Translations under genes and position numbers: made by a program
Shown here: positions 9,577 through 20,037 of the stretch, piece by piece
Layout of the letters: every line of letters starts with the position of its first letter
Numbering within the stretch: position 1 is the stretch's first letter
Assembly (NCBI GenBank): GCA_024680555.1
Contig: JAILCC010000016.1
Span: 170,561-234,560, forward strand
Direction of reading: 5' to 3'
Source: a bacterium
GTDB taxonomy: Bacteria > Cyanobacteriota > Vampirovibrionia > Gastranaerophilales > JAILCC01
DNA: 64,000 bases
Notes under the pieces: generated by a model
Told to the model about the DNA's origin: nothing
Databases searched by the model: none
Seen by the model: only the letters and a program-made list of their open reading frames with translations

Positions 9577-10974
9577 ATGACAGAAATAATAAAGTCAGAA
9601 CTAATATACAAAACTATCAAAAATCTTGTTTTGCTGGCTAATACAAGGCTGCCAAAGGAAGATTACACAGCTCTATCAGAATTTTATCAAAAAGAAAAAA
9701 ATCCGTCATCAAAAATTGCAATGTCGCAAATTTTGCAAAATGCCAAAATTGCTTATGATGAAAAGCGTCCATTATGCCAGGATACAGGTTTTGTAACAGT
9801 CTTTATAAATATGGGGCAAAATATTTCTGTAGTCGGCGGAAACCTTGAAAAAACCATCAACAGAGCCGTAGCTGATGCCTATACGGAATTTTCTTTAAGG
9901 AAATCAATTGTTGACGATTCGCTATTTAAAAGAAAAAACACCAAAAACAATACGCCGGTCTTAATTCATACCGACATTGTTGAGGGCAGCGAAATGGAAA
10001 TTATAGTCAGCACAAAAGGCGGCGGCTGCGAAAATATTTCCGCCGGCAAAATGCTGACACTTGCACACGGTATAGAGGGTGTCAAAGATTTCATATTAGA
10101 TACAGTTAAAAATGCAGGTTCAAAACCCTGTCCACCAATAAAAGTCGGCATCGGAATAGGTTCTAATTTTGAGGGTTCGGCTATTCTTTCAAAAAAAGCT
10201 CTTTTTACTGATAAAAAATCAAAAGGCGAATACAAAAAGTTAGAAGCTGAATTATTGAAAGAAATAAACAAGTTAAAAATAGGGGCAATGGGACTCGGGG
10301 GCAAATCCACATGCTTTGGCGTAAAAATTCTGAGTGCACCCTGTCATATTGCATCACTTCCGGTCGCAATAAGCATTTCCTGTCATAGCTCAAGACACGC
10401 TTCCGCAACAATTTCGGGAAACAACGTTGTTTACAAAAAAGAAGATTATGAATTTTTTGTACCTCCAAAAACAGAAAGCAACGTCATAAAAATAAATGCC
10501 AATGATACTGAAAAAATAAGAAATCTGCCAGTTGGCGCAAATATCGAACTCTCGGGAAAAATTTACACCGCAAGAGATGCCGCTCACAAAAGATTTGATG
10601 AACTTTTAATGAATGGGAAAGAACTCCCATTTGAGTTAAAAGATGCCATTATTTTCTATGCAGGACCTTGTCCCGCAGCAAAAGGTGAGGCAATAGGACC
10701 TATAGGACCAACGACCAGCGCAAGAATGGATAAATTTACACCACTGATGTATAAAAACGGTATGCTTGCTTCTATCGGTAAAGGTGAACGCTCACAGGAT
10801 GTTATTGCCTTTATCAGAGCTTTCAAGGGAAAATACTTTACAATGACCGGTGGAGTTGCCTCTTTGATGAAATCGTGTGTGAAGTCGGCAAAAGTCATTG
10901 CATACCCGGAACTTGGTGCGGAAGCAGTGTATGAACTTGAAGTTGAAAATCTACCTTTGATAGTAAAATACTAA
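9577..10974 (+). CDS. Class I Fe-S fumarate/tartrate hydratase, alpha and beta subunits fused
   Basis: PLCQDTG, KGGGCEN, PCPP, CHSSRH (alpha); TARDAAH, GPTTSARM (beta). Confidence 0.88.
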   Translation: MTEIIKSELIYKTIKNLVLLANTRLPKEDYTALSEFYQKEKNPSSKIAMSQILQNAKIAYDEKRPLCQDTGFVTVFINMGQNISVVGGNLEKTINRAVADAYTEFSLRKSIVDDSLFKRKNTKNNTPVLIHTDIVEGSEMEIIVSTKGGGCENISAGKMLTLAHGIEGVKDFILDTVKNAGSKPCPPIKVGIGIGSNFEGSAILSKKALFTDKKSKGEYKKLEAELLKEINKLKIGAMGLGGKSTCFGVKILSAPCHIASLPVAISISCHSSRHASATISGNNVVYKKEDYEFFVPPKTESNVIKINANDTEKIRNLPVGANIELSGKIYTARDAAHKRFDELLMNGKELPFELKDAIIFYAGPCPAAKGEAIGPIGPTTSARMDKFTPLMYKNGMLASIGKGERSQDVIAFIRAFKGKYFTMTGGVASLMKSCVKSAKVIAYPELGAEAVYELEVENLPLIVKY

Positions 10975-11035
10975 GCAACTTTTCCCAAAAATATTCCTTT
11001 ATTAAAATACAAGGGTAATTTATGGGATTTTTGGC

Positions 11036-12106
11036 ATGGGAATTGTCGATAGGACAGGAAAGTACATATTCACTCGAGTATTTGGAGCAATGACGGAACG
11101 CCAAATTGCGGCAACGACATTACGTGCCGGACGTTCAATGATTAAAGCAGCAGCAGAAAACGGCGGAAATCTCTCTGCAGATTTAGCAAGGGGGATTTTA
11201 AGAAGCAACTTGCCCCAAACTTCCAAAATGCCGCTTGTTTCAGGCAATATTGAAGAAATGACAAAACTGTTCAAGGGGTGTATGCCCGACAGTACACTCT
11301 CTGAATTTGTTGCAGGAGTACAACGCAGCTCACTTGCGTCAAGCCTACAATCACCCAATGGGAAAGCGTTGTTATATCTACCTGACGGTCTTGCCGAAAA
11401 CGCAGAAGCACTTATTGTTACAGGTACACACGAATTTAGACACTGTCTTGACTATAATTATGGGGTATTGGGTATATTGAGACGATTTTTGTGTAGGGTT
11501 ATTCCCAAGCCGTTAAAAATGATAGCAACTAAAAAAAGTATGAAATTTCAGAAACCATATATGAATATACAAGGTAAACTCGTAGGTATATTGGGACTTC
11601 CTCACGGACAAGTCGGAAAAATTAACGGAAATATGAGTGAAATTTTAAACGGCTCAAGAAAAGAAGTTATTGCGTATTACAGAAGCCTGCTAAAAAAAGA
11701 AACAAAAGAATGGACATATAAAGAAAGATTAATGTTCTTAGGACATCTTAAAAGGCTAAACGAAAGCGAATTTAGCGCCTATAGCGCAGGCGGCAAAATC
11801 GGCAGAGAATTTTGCCATCTAGGCGAAAACCAAGAGCACATTTCCGAACTTGTTGCCACAAATCAAAAATTGTTCTTGGATGCAATAAATGCAGAATTAC
11901 AAGGTATTAAAATCGCAAGAAAAGCCGGAGTAAGGCAATTCTCCTGCCCCAAAAGAAAACTCAGAAGAGCTGCAAATGTTCCGACTCAAATCAGAAAAAA
12001 ACCGGAAGCATTTGAAAAAGTAAGGGCGGAAATCGAAAAAGGAAGAAAGCTATCTTGTACCAAAACAGTGGTACGAGAAGAAACAATAGAATTGGATAAA
12101 ATTTAA
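11036..12106 (+). CDS. Orphan basic protein with zincin-like HExxH motif
   Basis: THEFRHCLD and a downstream SEFSAY glutamate; no Sec signal. Confidence 0.5.
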   Translation: MGIVDRTGKYIFTRVFGAMTERQIAATTLRAGRSMIKAAAENGGNLSADLARGILRSNLPQTSKMPLVSGNIEEMTKLFKGCMPDSTLSEFVAGVQRSSLASSLQSPNGKALLYLPDGLAENAEALIVTGTHEFRHCLDYNYGVLGILRRFLCRVIPKPLKMIATKKSMKFQKPYMNIQGKLVGILGLPHGQVGKINGNMSEILNGSRKEVIAYYRSLLKKETKEWTYKERLMFLGHLKRLNESEFSAYSAGGKIGREFCHLGENQEHISELVATNQKLFLDAINAELQGIKIARKAGVRQFSCPKRKLRRAANVPTQIRKKPEAFEKVRAEIEKGRKLSCTKTVVREETIELDKI

Positions 12107-12107
12107 G

Positions 12108-13203
12108 CTACGCCTTAAATCTCAAATAAGCCTCAATGAAACCGTCGATTTCCCCGTTCATTACTGCATCAACGTTACCTTCGGAATAATTTGTGCGGTG
12201 GTCTTTAACCATTTTATACGGATGAAATACATAAGAACGAATTTGCGAACCAAAGTTTACATCCATGGCTTCACCTTTTAAACCTGCCAGTTTTGCTTCA
12301 TGTTCTGCCTGCTTAATCGCAAGGAGTTTTGAAGCAAGCATTTGCATGGCGAGCGTTTTGTTTTGAAGTTGCGAACGCTCCTGTTGACACTTAACAACTA
12401 TGCCCGACGGTTTGTGATAAATTCTTACCGCAGTTTCGACTTTGTTTACATTTTGACCGCCTGCACCGCCCGAACGCATCGTTTCAACTTCTATATCATC
12501 AGGAGAAATTTCAACTTCCTTTTCAATATCATCAACAAGGGGGCTGACTTCCAACGAAGCGAAACTCGTCTGCCTTTTATTATTTGCATTAAACGGTGAC
12601 AATCTGACAAGCCTGTGAACACCTTTTTCTGCTCTTGAATAGCCATAGGCATACTTGCCGGTAAGTTTTATTGTTGCGCTTTTTATACCAGCTTCATCAC
12701 CCTCGGACATATCCATCAAATCGACTTTCCAACCACGCAATTGCGCCCAACGGGTGTACATTCTCAATAACATTTGCGCCCAATCCTGAGCATCCGTACC
12801 GCCTGCACCCGCAACAACAGTTAAAATAGCATCATTTTCATCATAATCTCCGGATAGAAGTTTTTGAAGTTCCCACTTATCAAGCTCTTTCGTCAGGTTG
12901 CTTACATTATTTTGAAGTTCGGACAAGAGTTCTTCATCATTTTCTTCTTCAAGAATTTCTACCGTTACTTGCGCATCAGAAAGACATAGCTCCCATTTTT
13001 TTATAAGTCCCACTATATCTCTTTTTTCTGTTAATTGCTTTGAAATTTTTGCAGCCATAGCACTATCATTCCAAACTTCGGGTTTTTGAAGTTCGGTTTC
13101 AAGAGACGTAATGTCTTTTTTTACTGCATCGAGGTCAAAGATACTCCTTGGCTTTGCCGATTCTGTCCGATATATTTTCTATTTCTTTTTTAATTTCGTA
13201 CAT
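12108..13203 (-). CDS. prfB: Peptide chain release factor 2, with programmed +1 frameshift
   Basis: SPF and GGQ motifs; upstream frame [22 protein letters not shown] ends in AAGGAG-TAT-CTT-TGA-C and continues +1 as DLDAVKK...[10 protein letters not shown]. Confidence 0.96.
13134..13149 (-). promoter_or_regulatory. RF2 autoregulatory frameshift cassette
   Basis: Internal SD AAGGAG, then TAT CTT TGA C. Confidence 0.93.
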
Positions 13204-13217
13204 AAGACCTCTCACAT

Positions 13218-13835
13218 TTAAAATAATGTATTACCAAGTAAAACATATATATATGCCGCAATCAAGATGCAAACAATCGTTATACAAATACCTATATAAA
13301 TTTTCGTGAGCAGCTGCGGTGTAATATGAATTTTTTCCAAAAACGGACTGATTTTATTATAGTATGTATAGCAAATTAACAATAATCCAAGCGCAATAGA
13401 AATAATACCCAATGCTATTGTGTCCTCTGGTTCTAAAATAATATCTTTCGGATAGAAAGGATTATATTTTATATTTATAGTGTTTTTAGGTGTAGAATCA
13501 TATATAAGGCTGTCGGATGGCGTAACATTTTTTATAAGATACGGGTTCATGCACCTTGTTTTATGTTCATATTCAATACCATCAACCTTGTATTTAAGGA
13601 AATATTTTTTACCCGATTGTTTAGTTGAGAGACTATGGTAATGATGCGTCCTATATGTACAATAAGAATCATATACGCTGATATTTGCAGTCACATCTTT
13701 ATATAAATACACTCTTGATAATTCAGCGACACCAAATAAGGGAATCACAAAAGGCAGGATAGCGATAAAAATCATAATTATCCTCACCCGAAAATCAACA
13801 GGCTCTTCTTTAATTTTGTTTATCCTATCACTCAT
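13218..13835 (-). CDS. DUF3592-like membrane protein
   Basis: TM - YKVDGIEY - IKYNPFYP - TM architecture. Confidence 0.55.
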   Translation of the reverse strand: MSDRINKIKEEPVDFRVRIIMIFIAILPFVIPLFGVAELSRVYLYKDVTANISVYDSYCTYRTHHYHSLSTKQSGKKYFLKYKVDGIEYEHKTRCMNPYLIKNVTPSDSLIYDSTPKNTINIKYNPFYPKDIILEPEDTIALGIISIALGLLLICYTYYNKISPFLEKIHITPQLLTKIYIGICITIVCILIAAYIYVLLGNTLF

Positions 13836-14257
13836 CTATGCCTCAATATAAAATCAGGAAACTTTGGATGTAGAAGTAATACTGCAAAAACAAATGAAGC
13901 TATACCTATAACAACAAAGACTCGAGTTTTGGTAGCATTTTCCGGATTAGACTTATTATACCTTAGTTTTATTGTGTCCCCAACCTGAGCAGCTCCTTCT
14001 TCACACACAAGTTTCTTTGTGTATGATTTTCCATTAACAATATACGTTAATGTATGCGACTTACCGGGAACATCTCCACCTTTGGCATAACACATCCTTT
14101 CATAACTGGAGGTAATTACCGCATCAACTCCCTCTGTTTGGGTGAAATAATATATAAATATACCGAAACCTATAGCCAAAAATATCAATCCGTATACCAG
14201 AATAAGAGGATTTTCAATTGTTTTTGAGCGTTTGGCAGGTTTGTTGAATTTATCCAT
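13832..14257 (-). CDS. DUF3592-like membrane protein
   Basis: TM - YIVNGKSY - VGDTIKLRYNKSNPE - TM architecture. Confidence 0.65.
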   Translation of the reverse strand: MDKFNKPAKRSKTIENPLILVYGLIFLAIGFGIFIYYFTQTEGVDAVITSSYERMCYAKGGDVPGKSHTLTYIVNGKSYTKKLVCEEGAAQVGDTIKLRYNKSNPENATKTRVFVVIGIASFVFAVLLLHPKFPDFILRHR

Positions 14258-14263
14258 TGTATT

Positions 14264-17101
14264 CTATCCTTCTACCGCTTCAACACAATCATCGCAAAGT
14301 GTCGGGTGCTCGGAATTGTTACCTAATACTCTATACTTCCAACATCTTTCGCATTTTTCGCCGAGAGCCTTTGTAACTTTTACGGTTATTCCATCTTCTT
14401 CAAGCGTATTAAGAACTTCTTTTTCCGGTTCTTTTCCTATAAATGCTTGAGAAGTAATAAATATGTCGCACAATACTTTTTCACTGTCTGACAAGTATTT
14501 TGCAAGTTTTTCGTCCGCAACAGTCAAATATACTGCAACTTCCAAAGAACTGCCTACTTTTTTGTCAGCTCTCAAGGGCTCAATTGCCTTTGTAACAACT
14601 TCTCTGACCTTGAGGATTTGTGTCCATTTTTCTTCAATTTCAGGATTTACCCATTTTGCATTAGGAGTACACCAATTTGCAAGAAGAATACTTTCTAAGC
14701 CGCCCGACTGCATTTCGGGAACATAAGACCAAATATCTTCCGCCTGGTGCGGCATAACAGGAACCATCATTTTCAAAATAACAAGCATAGTTTCATACAA
14801 AACAGTCTGCACTGCTCGCCTTGAAACTGATTTTTTGCCTGCTGTATAGAGTCTGTCTTTTACAATATCAAGATAAAACGCACTCAAATCAACTGCAGCA
14901 AAGTTTTGCAAATATTGGAAATATTTATAAAACTCATAATCATTAAATGCTTGCGTTACATTTTCTATCAAAATATTGAGCTTATGAAGTGCAAACTTAT
15001 CAATTTCCTGAAGATTTTCATAATCAACATAATCAGTTTTTGGATCAAAATCAAATAGGTTTCCTACCAAAAATCTCATTGTATTTCTTACTTTTTTAAA
15101 TACTTCAAGAAGTTGTTTAACAATATTATCGCCAATTTTTATATCGTTTCTGTAATCAACACTTGCGGCCCATAATCTTAGAATATCTGCGCCGTAATTT
15201 TTAATAATATCATCAGGACGAATATAGTTCCCCAGAGATTTTGACATTTTTCTGCCGTCCTCGCCAAATACAAACCCGTGGGTCAAGACCGTTTTGTATG
15301 GAGCTTTATCTTGGACCGCAATTGATATAAGCAAAGAAGACTGGAACCAGCCTCTGTGTTGGTCAGAACCTTCCAAATACATATCTACCGGTGTATGGCC
15401 AAGTTCCTCTGCTCTTTTTTCAACAACCGCTCTCCACGTTACACCAGAGTCAAACCATACATCCATAATGTCATTTTCTTTTTTAAAATGAGTTTTTCCG
15501 CACTTAGGACACTTAAATCCTTGCGGCAAAAGCTCTTGGGCGGAATATTTTACCCATGCGTCGGAGCTTTCTTTTTCAAATATTTTTGCAACATTTTCAA
15601 TTGTTTCATCAGTAACAATAGCTTCACCGCAATCTTCACAATAGAAAACAGGAATAGGAACGCCCCACGCACGTTGTCTTGAAATACACCAATCCGTACG
15701 ACTTTCAACCATATTGCCTATTCTTGCTTCACCGCCTGCGGGTATCCATTCTATATTTTTGATAGCTTCAAGAGCTCTTCCTCTAAATTTATCAACTTTT
15801 ACAAACCATTGCGGAGTAGCTCTGTATATAACAGGATTTTTACAACGCCAACAATGAGGATAGCTGTGCTGAATATCTTGCGCTTTTAATAGTGCCCCGC
15901 AGTTTTTTAATTTTTCTATAACAATATTATTTCCTTTGTAATAAGGAACACCTTCTAGGTCAGGGTCTTGAACTTCTGAAGTCCAAACACCTTTACTATC
16001 AAGAGGTGAGAACACTTCTATGCCATACTTACAACCAACTTCATAGTCCTCAAGACCATGTCCGGGAGCGGTATGAACCGCACCTGTACCTGCATCAAGC
16101 GTAACGTGTTCACCCAATATTATTGGAGAAAACCTGTTTACAAGCGGATGCTTAGCTTTTAACAATTCCAAATCAGCACCCGTACAAGAGCCAATAACAT
16201 TTATATCACTCTCTTGCCATTCAACATCAGCGAGGAAGCTTCCCAAAAGCCCTTGCGCAATTACATACACTTCATTTCCATATTCAAAGAAAGTATATTC
16301 AAATCTCGGATGTAAACATATTGCCATATTGGAAGGAATTGTCCAAGGTGTTGTTGTCCAAATGACGGCATATACATCTTTTCCTTTGGTATCAGCGAAA
16401 TTGTTTATTTTAGCAACGCTTTCATCGTCAAACTTAAATCTTACATAGATAGATGTTGAAGTATGGTCTGCATATTCAACTTCCGCTTCCGCAAGAGCAG
16501 TCTCACAAGAAGCACACCAATATACAGGTTTCAAACCTTTTTCGATATATCCTTTTTTATACATATCGCCAAAAACTCTGACTTGTTCAGCTTCAAACTC
16601 AGGTTTGATAGTCAAATACGGATTTTCCCAATTGCCCCAAACGCCAAGTCTTTTAAACTCATTTTCTTGACCTATCAAGCTGCTTTGAGCATATTCACGG
16701 CATTTTTGGCGAAGTTCCAACGGAGTTAGCGCATCTCTGCCGCCTTTGATATTTTTTACAACTTTGTTTTCAATAGGCAAGCCATGCCCGTCATACCCCG
16801 GAACAAAAGGAGCATAATAGCCTGACAAGGCTTTGTATTTTGTTAATATATCTTTTAGAATTTTGTTAAGTGCAGTACCAACGTGAATTTTTTCGGAACT
16901 CAAATACGGAGGCCCGTCATGAAGAATAAAAGAATTTGTTTTATCACGCTGCGCAAGATTTTTTTCATATATAGAATGTTCTTCCCAAAATTTTTGTATT
17001 TCAGGTTCTCTCTGAGTTGCATTTGCTCTCATGGGAAGGTCTGTCTGGGGCAAATTCAACGTGTTTTTATAATCATGTTTTTGTTGTTCTTCTACTGTCA
17101 T
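14264..17101 (-). CDS. ileS: Isoleucine--tRNA ligase (type 1)
   Basis: LHDGPPY, HVGT (HIGH-like), WTTTPWT, KMSKS, C-terminal CERCW...CDDC; ATG at 17101 follows GGAG. Confidence 0.97.
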   Translation of the reverse strand: MTVEEQQKHDYKNTLNLPQTDLPMRANATQREPEIQKFWEEHSIYEKNLAQRDKTNSFILHDGPPYLSSEKIHVGTALNKILKDILTKYKALSGYYAPFVPGYDGHGLPIENKVVKNIKGGRDALTPLELRQKCREYAQSSLIGQENEFKRLGVWGNWENPYLTIKPEFEAEQVRVFGDMYKKGYIEKGLKPVYWCASCETALAEAEVEYADHTSTSIYVRFKFDDESVAKINNFADTKGKDVYAVIWTTTPWTIPSNMAICLHPRFEYTFFEYGNEVYVIAQGLLGSFLADVEWQESDINVIGSCTGADLELLKAKHPLVNRFSPIILGEHVTLDAGTGAVHTAPGHGLEDYEVGCKYGIEVFSPLDSKGVWTSEVQDPDLEGVPYYKGNNIVIEKLKNCGALLKAQDIQHSYPHCWRCKNPVIYRATPQWFVKVDKFRGRALEAIKNIEWIPAGGEARIGNMVESRTDWCISRQRAWGVPIPVFYCEDCGEAIVTDETIENVAKIFEKESSDAWVKYSAQELLPQGFKCPKCGKTHFKKENDIMDVWFDSGVTWRAVVEKRAEELGHTPVDMYLEGSDQHRGWFQSSLLISIAVQDKAPYKTVLTHGFVFGEDGRKMSKSLGNYIRPDDIIKNYGADILRLWAASVDYRNDIKIGDNIVKQLLEVFKKVRNTMRFLVGNLFDFDPKTDYVDYENLQEIDKFALHKLNILIENVTQAFNDYEFYKYFQYLQNFAAVDLSAFYLDIVKDRLYTAGKKSVSRRAVQTVLYETMLVILKMMVPVMPHQAEDIWSYVPEMQSGGLESILLANWCTPNAKWVNPEIEEKWTQILKVREVVTKAIEPLRADKKVGSSLEVAVYLTVADEKLAKYLSDSEKVLCDIFITSQAFIGKEPEKEVLNTLEEDGITVKVTKALGEKCERCWKYRVLGNNSEHPTLCDDCVEAVEG

Positions 17102-17174
17102 TTTTATACTCCGCTTTTTGGCTACATAACTAAGTAAGAGTATAAAATAAAAACAGTCGATAATCAAATAAAAA

Positions 17175-19001
17175 TCAAGCGTTTTTTAGGGTTTTTATCA
17201 AAGATTTGGCACAGCGTGCGCCCACTACCAAGGTCAGTTCATCTTCAGAAGCCGCCATTATGCCTTTTATATCCTTGAATGCATCAAAAAGCTTTCTCTT
17301 TCTCGACTCTCCAAGGTAGGGAACATTGTCTAAAATACTCGACAATGCCTGAGTTTCCCGAAGTTTTCTATGAAAAGAAATTGCAAACCTGTGAGCCTCA
17401 TCCCTTATTTTTTGGAAAAAGAACAGGGCCGGACTGGAATATGGAAGTATCACGGGATTTTTTTGAAACGGAACGAAAATCTCCTCCAGTCTTTTTGCCA
17501 AAGATACAACGTCTTGTTTTTTCAAACCTAAATCTTTCAAAACTTTTATCCCTTGAGTAAGCTGACCTTTGCCCCCATCAATAATTATGAGATCAGGCAA
17601 CGGTTTGTTTTCTTTTAATAACCTTGAATACCTGCGTGATATAACCTCAATCATTGACAAAAAGTCATCCGGTTTACCCTCGGTTGTATGAAGTTTGTAT
17701 TTTTTATATTGGTTTTTTGCAGGCTTGCCGTCTTCAAAAACAACCATACTTGCAACGGTATTTGTACCTTGAAAATGAGAAATATCAAAACACTCAACAT
17801 GATGCGGGAATTTATTCAAATTAAGTTGTTCTTTTATGTAACTGCCTGTTAAATTCCATTCGGCTTGAAGCTCCATAACATCCTTGATTTTTAATTCTTC
17901 AAGATACGCATCCGCATTTTTCTTTGCCAATTCTACCAACTCATGCTTTTTACCTTTTTGCGGCGGAATGATAGTAACCCTGCCGCCTTTTTTCTGAGTC
18001 AACCAATCAGAGATAACGTCATTTTCATCCGCAGGAATTTCAAACGGAAGAAGAACTTCTTTCGGAAAATCGTTATCTTTCAACAGATAATAGTTTTTCA
18101 AAAATGTAGTTATGGCTTCAACTTCTTCGGTTGTTTCATCCTTTATAATTTCAAAAGATTTTTTGTTAATAAGCCTGCCGGAACGGATTTCCAAGAGAGA
18201 AACAACAAATCTTATTTCGTCTTGGGTTATGCCAATAGCATCCTGATACAAGTTCAAGGAGTCATCAACCACTTTTTGACGTTCAAGGGCCTGTTTAATA
18301 TTGAAATAACTGTCCCTATATATCGCCGCTTTTTCAAACTGCTCATTTTCCGAATAATATTCCATCTGTTTTTTTAACTCTTCAACAAGCTCATTTTGTC
18401 TGCCCGAAAGGTATAACTCAACCTTGTTAACTATGGTTTTATAATCATCGGGAGAAATGAGTTTTTGACAGGGGGCGGAACACTTTCCTATTTGATAATA
18501 CATACATGGTCGGTCCTTAAATCTGGGCGTTTTGCATTGTTTTAAAGGGAACAGGCGCTTTATATGCTCCAAAGTTGCATACATTGCTCTTGAATTTGTA
18601 TACGGTCCAAAAAACTTTCCTTTTCGAGGAATATCCTTATTTCGTCTTGTTACAAGTATTTGGGGATATTCTTCGTCCGTAATATAAAACCAGGGAAACT
18701 TCTTGTCATCCTTTAAAAGCACATTATACTTGGGTTTATGCTTTTTTATAAGGTGCGATTCCAAAATTAAAGCCTCGATTTCACTATCAGTAATTACAAA
18801 TTCAAACCTGACAATCTGAGGAACCATAACTCGAAGTTTCGGGGTATCAAGAGTTTTTGTAAAATAAGATTTCACACGATTCTTGAGCTTTTTTGCCTTG
18901 CCCACATAAATAATTGTATCGTCCTTGTCATACATTAAATAGCACCCCGGCAAGGACGGCAAAAGCTTTAATCTTTCTTTTATTGATATTTCTTTTTTCA
19001 T
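17175..19001 (-). CDS. uvrC: Excinuclease ABC subunit C
   Basis: GIY-YIG (GCYLM..YVGKAK), ECFDISH, IIDGGKGQL, RDEAHRFA. Confidence 0.96.
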   Translation of the reverse strand: MKKEISIKERLKLLPSLPGCYLMYDKDDTIIYVGKAKKLKNRVKSYFTKTLDTPKLRVMVPQIVRFEFVITDSEIEALILESHLIKKHKPKYNVLLKDDKKFPWFYITDEEYPQILVTRRNKDIPRKGKFFGPYTNSRAMYATLEHIKRLFPLKQCKTPRFKDRPCMYYQIGKCSAPCQKLISPDDYKTIVNKVELYLSGRQNELVEELKKQMEYYSENEQFEKAAIYRDSYFNIKQALERQKVVDDSLNLYQDAIGITQDEIRFVVSLLEIRSGRLINKKSFEIIKDETTEEVEAITTFLKNYYLLKDNDFPKEVLLPFEIPADENDVISDWLTQKKGGRVTIIPPQKGKKHELVELAKKNADAYLEELKIKDVMELQAEWNLTGSYIKEQLNLNKFPHHVECFDISHFQGTNTVASMVVFEDGKPAKNQYKKYKLHTTEGKPDDFLSMIEVISRRYSRLLKENKPLPDLIIIDGGKGQLTQGIKVLKDLGLKKQDVVSLAKRLEEIFVPFQKNPVILPYSSPALFFFQKIRDEAHRFAISFHRKLRETQALSSILDNVPYLGESRKRKLFDAFKDIKGIMAASEDELTLVVGARCAKSLIKTLKNA

Positions 19002-19321
19002 TCAGAAAACTCTATGATATCACCTACACTAATTTTAGCACTTTTTATAAAACTTGCATTAAATTCAAGCACCTTACACGCATTTTTTACAGGAAAAACA
19101 ATTCTATTTGGCTTAATATTTTCACAAAATTTGAGGATTTTGCCGTTTTTATCTATAAAAATTGCTGATATGTTTTTATTTAGAAAAAAAGTATGAATTG
19201 CATTCGTATTAGTTAATAAAACAGGTTTGTCAATAAAAAATATCCCCCTCAATTTTTCAAAAAATCTTGAGGCAATTTTTATATCACTGACAAGTTTTAT
19301 TCCGTTTACATAAGCATTCAT
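18998..19321 (-). CDS. DUF192 family protein
   Basis: ASRFFEKLRG, AIHTFF, VLEFNA, VGD. Confidence 0.7.
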   Translation of the reverse strand: MNAYVNGIKLVSDIKIASRFFEKLRGIFFIDKPVLLTNTNAIHTFFLNKNISAIFIDKNGKILKFCENIKPNRIVFPVKNACKVLEFNASFIKSAKISVGDIIEFSE

Positions 19322-20037
19322 AGGGGATTATTCTTTATTGATGAAAAACTTCTGGGATAAGCATCGGGAGTATTTTTTTCTTTTCTGATTAACACAAGAT
19401 TCCTGATAAAATCTTCCTCAAGCCCTAAGTTGTACTCAAAAACATCTTCAATGCTTCCGCCCATAATTTCTATAGTGTTTTGGGCTTCGAAAATTTCATC
19501 CGTAACTTTTGCTGACTTGTAAGAAATAAAACACCCGCCAAGCTTCAAAAAGGGGAGCGCCAATTCCGATATTTGAGCCAAATTCCCCACTGCTCTTGCA
19601 GTTACGACGTCAAAACTCTCCCTATAACTTTTCCTGTGCGAAACATCCTCCGCTCTGTCATTTATTACCGAAAGATTTTTCAGACCTATATGCTCGGCAG
19701 CATTTTTTATAAAATTAGTTTTTTTGGCAGTAGAATCAAGCGCAAAAACGGTTGAAGATGTGAGCAATATAGCCTCCGCCACAACAGGAAAGCCGCCACC
19801 AGAACCAATATCCAGTATTTTGTACGACTTATTGTTTTTTAAATACCTGCAAAATGAAACACTGTCCACAAAATGCTTTTCCCAAATCAGCTCTGCATCT
19901 TTCGCCGAAACAAGGTTTGTATGTGAGTTGTACTCACGCAAATACTTTTCAAAAACATCAAACTGAGCCAGTTGTTTTTCGTAAACTTCAACCCCATAAT
20001 TGGTCAGAACCGATTTAAGATTTTCTGACTTTATCAT
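19318..20037 (-). CDS. rsmG: 16S rRNA m7G527 methyltransferase
   Basis: HFVDS, LDIGSGGGFP, RAED, TARAV. Confidence 0.93.
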   Translation of the reverse strand: MIKSENLKSVLTNYGVEVYEKQLAQFDVFEKYLREYNSHTNLVSAKDAELIWEKHFVDSVSFCRYLKNNKSYKILDIGSGGGFPVVAEAILLTSSTVFALDSTAKKTNFIKNAAEHIGLKNLSVINDRAEDVSHRKSYRESFDVVTARAVGNLAQISELALPFLKLGGCFISYKSAKVTDEIFEAQNTIEIMGGSIEDVFEYNLGLEEDFIRNLVLIRKEKNTPDAYPRSFSSIKNNPL

